Under the pieces are notes generated by a model, which saw only the letters and a list, made by a program, of their open reading frames with translations, was not told the DNA's origin and did not search any database. A DNA stretch of 64,000 bases from Spirochaetia bacterium. Its GTDB lineage: Bacteria; Spirochaetota; Spirochaetia; SP-2023. Below, in pieces: positions 60,604 to 64,000 of the stretch. Where the stretch lies: the NCBI GenBank assembly GCA_965225855.1, contig CBDDCK010000005.1, positions 896,001-960,000 of the forward strand, given 5' to 3'. The number at the start of each line of letters is the position of its first letter. Positions within the stretch are counted from its first letter, which is position 1. The translations under genes and the position numbers were made by a program.

Positions 60604-61903
60604 AATTGATATTATTGTTCAATTCTGTCAAAGTGATGGCTGCGCTGCCTAGGCAAATATCACCCCGATAGAATACCGCAAATTGGCCAGGTGCTACCCC
60701 TCTATCGCCCCGTTCCATCACTACATGCCAGCAATCATTCAATTGCTGTAACTGGCAGGCTATCTTAGTGGGGCCGTGGCGCAGTTTTAATTGCAACGGC
60801 CCTAATGCTAGGCTGTGCCAAGCAAAATTGCTCTGTAGCCAGTGGGGCTGTTCTACCCAAAAGCTGCGCAATAACTGGGAATCACTGTACTGTCGGCTAA
60901 CATATAAGCGGTTTTCTAGCATATCCTTAGCACAGACATACCAAGGGCCACCGCTCAAGCCCAAACCCTGACGCTGCCCTATAGTATGGAACCATAGCCC
61001 CCTATGCTGGCCCAATTCTCGGTTTGTTTCCAGCTCTACAATTGGGCCTAGTTTTTCCCCAAGGTATTGTTTGGCAAAGTCCCGAAATTTAATCTTACCC
61101 AAAAAGCAAATGCCTTGGCTATCTTTGCGTTGCGCGGTAGCCAAGCCCCAATATTGGGCCAAACTGCGCACTTCAGCTTTATACAAACACCCTAAAGGAA
61201 ACAATAGATTTTGCAATTGAGATTGCCCTAAACGGGAAAGAAAATAACTTTGATCCTTTACCAAGTCTGGAGCTTGTTGTAACAATATTTCGTTCGTTAT
61301 ATCTTTCTGATTCAAGCTAGAATAGGCATTCATTAGCTGGCTAATGCGAACTAATAAAGCATAGTGCCCACTGGCGACTAAAGGCTGTAAGGCTTTATCA
61401 TTACTTGGCTTTAACTGCTGTAAGAATGCACCAAATTTAACGCCCTCGTTGCAAAACAAATCTGGGCTTGGTGTGCGCCCCTTGCAAAGCTCATCAATAG
61501 TGTAAGATACCACATAATCGTAGTATTGTTGTTGTAAGGGCAGTACCTGTAAAGGTATATCTAATTGCTCGCAAACTGCGGCGGCATAGCTTAAATCGTC
61601 TTCCCAAGGGCATTCACCTAGGAACTGTGCGTCTTCTTGAAGCCAGATTTTTAAATAGTAGGCCGTTAGTTTTTGGCAACCATAGTTTTTTAAGCTAGCT
61701 AGCACTACCGAGCTATCTACCCCGCCAGAAAGCAATACAGCTATTTCGCGCCGGTGGTCTAAACCATAAGTTTGGCTCAAATAATGCTCTAGTTTCGCTA
61801 CTATCTCCATGGGGTTTGCAAGGCTGGGCGTGGCTAGCTCGCCCGCATAATTTGTTTGTGTATCTGTAAAACTGAGTTGTCTACTTGAGTAATTTTCTTT
61901 CAT
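60593..61903 (-). CDS. mnmA: tRNA 2-thiouridylase MnmA
   Basis: LLSGGVDSSV, GRTPSPDLFCN, KDQSYFL, KDSQGICF, TIGQRQG, APGQFAVFY. Confidence 0.96.
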   Translation of the reverse strand: MKENYSSRQLSFTDTQTNYAGELATPSLANPMEIVAKLEHYLSQTYGLDHRREIAVLLSGGVDSSVVLASLKNYGCQKLTAYYLKIWLQEDAQFLGECPWEDDLSYAAAVCEQLDIPLQVLPLQQQYYDYVVSYTIDELCKGRTPSPDLFCNEGVKFGAFLQQLKPSNDKALQPLVASGHYALLVRISQLMNAYSSLNQKDITNEILLQQAPDLVKDQSYFLSRLGQSQLQNLLFPLGCLYKAEVRSLAQYWGLATAQRKDSQGICFLGKIKFRDFAKQYLGEKLGPIVELETNRELGQHRGLWFHTIGQRQGLGLSGGPWYVCAKDMLENRLYVSRQYSDSQLLRSFWVEQPHWLQSNFAWHSLALGPLQLKLRHGPTKIACQLQQLNDCWHVVMERGDRGVAPGQFAVFYRGDICLGSAAITLTELNNNINYDR

Positions 61904-61928
61904 TTGGGGGTATTTCTTCCAACAGGCT

Positions 61929-63230
61929 TTAACTTATACCCGTGTTCTTAGCCTTGTTTGTAGATTTCTTGCAGGGCTTTTTGGGGCTGAACTTTGGCCT
62001 TTGGCGGTCAATCATTTGGCCATATTTTTTGACAATCAAGCGCGGTTCAAAGGGCAGACCCTGACCCATAAACAAATGCTTACAAGCCGTCCATACCTCT
62101 ACATTAGGAGTATTGAGATCATTTAGACATTCCTTTATCTGCAAGTAAGCTGCAAGTGTACGCTCTTCATCACCCATAGCTTGCAAGCGTTGCCACTGGA
62201 ACGAATGCTGAAAGTAGGCAGCAAGCAAATAAGAGAGCCCAATACCCAGTAAATGCTTGCCCAAATGGCCTTCAACTAGGAGCGGTTCCTCCATTTTACT
62301 TGGCTCTTTATATCCCCCGTGTTGCCTATATGCTAATTTCTTTAGTTTTAACTCGGCTTGAAGTGATTGTACTTGATTGTGCTGTTGCAAGCATTTCTGC
62401 CACACTAGCATATTCTTAGTAAAGCTCGCTTTATAGCTATTCGGTAACTTCTTTAGAGCTAAACAAGGTAGCATAATCTCTAAAATACCAAACTGCTGTA
62501 AGTCTTTCATAATCTGGTGGCACTGTTCAGAATAAAGTATCTTATTGAGCTCTTCTGACAAGCGGGATTTGGAGCAACTGTAGAGCAAGTTAGCATCGCG
62601 TCTCAATTGCAATATAATCTTTTTTGGTATCTTGAAACCGGCCTTTGCAGCATACTTAATACAGCGAATAATGCGCACTGGGTCTTCTTTAAATATTTTA
62701 GGTAAGGCAATAATGTTGCGTATTTGCCGCTTGCGGAAGTCCGCCATAGCCCCGATAAAATCTAAAATTTGTTCTTTATTTAAATCATAATACAAGGCAT
62801 TGGCCGTAAAATCTCGGCGTTGCACGTCTTCTTCAATCGTACCATACAAGTGGTTATGGTCGCTAGAATCCAAAGAGCGAAAAGTAATAACTTCAATAAT
62901 ATCACCGCCTTTATAAAAGACGTGCACCAAACGAAACCTTTTGCCAATAATGCGCGAATTGCGGATAATTTTGCGGATTTCTGAAGGCGCAGCATTGGTA
63001 ACTATATCAAAGTCTTTAGGTTGTTGGCCCAACAGTAAATCTCGAATCGCACCGCCAACAAGGTAACTATCATAGCCATGCAGCTTTAGCTGACTAGCAA
63101 TTTGAAACACCCTATCATCAATTTTCTTATTATCAATTTGATGATCTTGTGCAAAATATACATCGGCCACCCTAACGGCCTTACCTTGTTCATTGTGGCT
63201 ATATCTGCCAACTTTAGAAAGCTTTAGCAT
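61929..63230 (-). CDS. pcnB: Poly(A) polymerase PcnB
   Basis: YLVGGAIRDLL..PKDFDIVT, IIGKRFRLVHV (PAP I signature), RRDFTANAL, EDPVRIIR. Confidence 0.9.
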   Translation of the reverse strand: MLKLSKVGRYSHNEQGKAVRVADVYFAQDHQIDNKKIDDRVFQIASQLKLHGYDSYLVGGAIRDLLLGQQPKDFDIVTNAAPSEIRKIIRNSRIIGKRFRLVHVFYKGGDIIEVITFRSLDSSDHNHLYGTIEEDVQRRDFTANALYYDLNKEQILDFIGAMADFRKRQIRNIIALPKIFKEDPVRIIRCIKYAAKAGFKIPKKIILQLRRDANLLYSCSKSRLSEELNKILYSEQCHQIMKDLQQFGILEIMLPCLALKKLPNSYKASFTKNMLVWQKCLQQHNQVQSLQAELKLKKLAYRQHGGYKEPSKMEEPLLVEGHLGKHLLGIGLSYLLAAYFQHSFQWQRLQAMGDEERTLAAYLQIKECLNDLNTPNVEVWTACKHLFMGQGLPFEPRLIVKKYGQMIDRQRPKFSPKKPCKKSTNKAKNTGIS

Positions 63231-63613
63231 AAATTCTAATATATAACCCTAACTAATAACCCTAACTAACTACAAGTTTAAGGTGCAGATAGTACTGGTT
63301 AAGCACTATGGAAACAATACAAAAACTGCTTCATATAGCAAAAAAGGCCCTTTCTACACCCCCTAGATTTACAGAATAATTACCTACCAAGGCCAACACC
63401 CTTAAGCCTTTTGATTGGCATGGATTTTGAACCACCTTACAACACTAAAACACAAATAACACACAAAAAAAGTGCCCAAACATAAAAAAAGCACAAAAAA
63501 TCTTACAAAAAGCCTTATATGGGCCTTGACTCAATTCCCCCTAACACAATAGGGCGCTATATACTAGCCCGTATGGCTTGGCAAATCTTTATCCATTTTT
63601 GGAGGTATTGCTT

Positions 63614-63811
63614 ATGTATAAGCACAAACTACTTTTATTGCCTGTAGCTTGGCTATTGGCTTTTATGGCCTTTCCCTGCGCCCCACCCGATGACGATAAG
63701 CCATCTTCTGGGCCGTCTGGGCCGACTATTAATAAGGCCATCTACGATGTTGGCACGGCTCTGCTAACTTTACAAGGTACTTACTTAGGTAGTGCGACCC
63801 AAATCTATTGA
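63614..63811 (+). pseudogene. Putative lipoprotein N-terminus truncated by a tandem repeat
   Basis: GGAGG RBS, signal peptide ending MAFPC, Ser/Pro linker; the stop codon lies in the first repeat unit. Confidence 0.5.
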
Positions 63812-63974
63812 TAGAATTACCTCTCACCTATTGATAGAATTGACTTAAATCTATTGATAGAATTACCTCTCACCTATTGATAGAATTGACCTAAATCTAT
63901 CAATAGAATTACCTCCCACCTATTAATAGAATTGACCTAAATCTATCAATAGATTTACCTCCCACCTATTGATA
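63801..63974. repeat. 23-bp (46-bp dimer) tandem repeat, about 8 units
   Basis: CTATTGATAGAATT alternating with ACCTCTCAC / GAC(T/C)TAAAT. Confidence 0.9.
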
Positions 63975-64000
63975 CCCTAGTCTTTAATGAAATTTTCTAC

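Overview
Low-to-moderate GC bacterial chromosomal window; the gene complement is consistent with a spirochaete, but that is only an inference. It has four parts. (1) 71-10910: a type II-C CRISPR-Cas9 locus with a 58-repeat/57-spacer array, cas2, cas9 and tracrRNA, and no cas1 in the window. The second repeat is split by an IS1595-family element carrying a frameshifted DNA methyltransferase. (2) 11-28.5 kb: decaying small secreted-protein genes, then parA, parB, ftsY, tRNA-Gly, argJ and a TetR-regulated LolA-like/porin/MMPL operon. (3) 28.9-49 kb: a defence island with three TPR-ABC-ATPase paralogues (two coupled to a small PD-(D/E)xK-like gene), a ~21-repeat TPR-membrane protein, two DUF262+HEPN pairs and a type IIG/ISP-like RM enzyme. 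The operons are separated by 28 copies of a ~132-bp palindromic repeat in tandem arrays, many of which carry a promoter-like motif. One CRISPR spacer matches the 3' end of the TPR-ATPase family. (4) 49-64 kb: argG, tRNA-Phe, metE, a TRAP transporter plus glycerol dehydrogenase bracketed by an apparently identical 1.8-kb metE duplication (the second copy is a chimera), mnmA, pcnB and a VNTR-truncated lipoprotein. All comparisons were made by eye.
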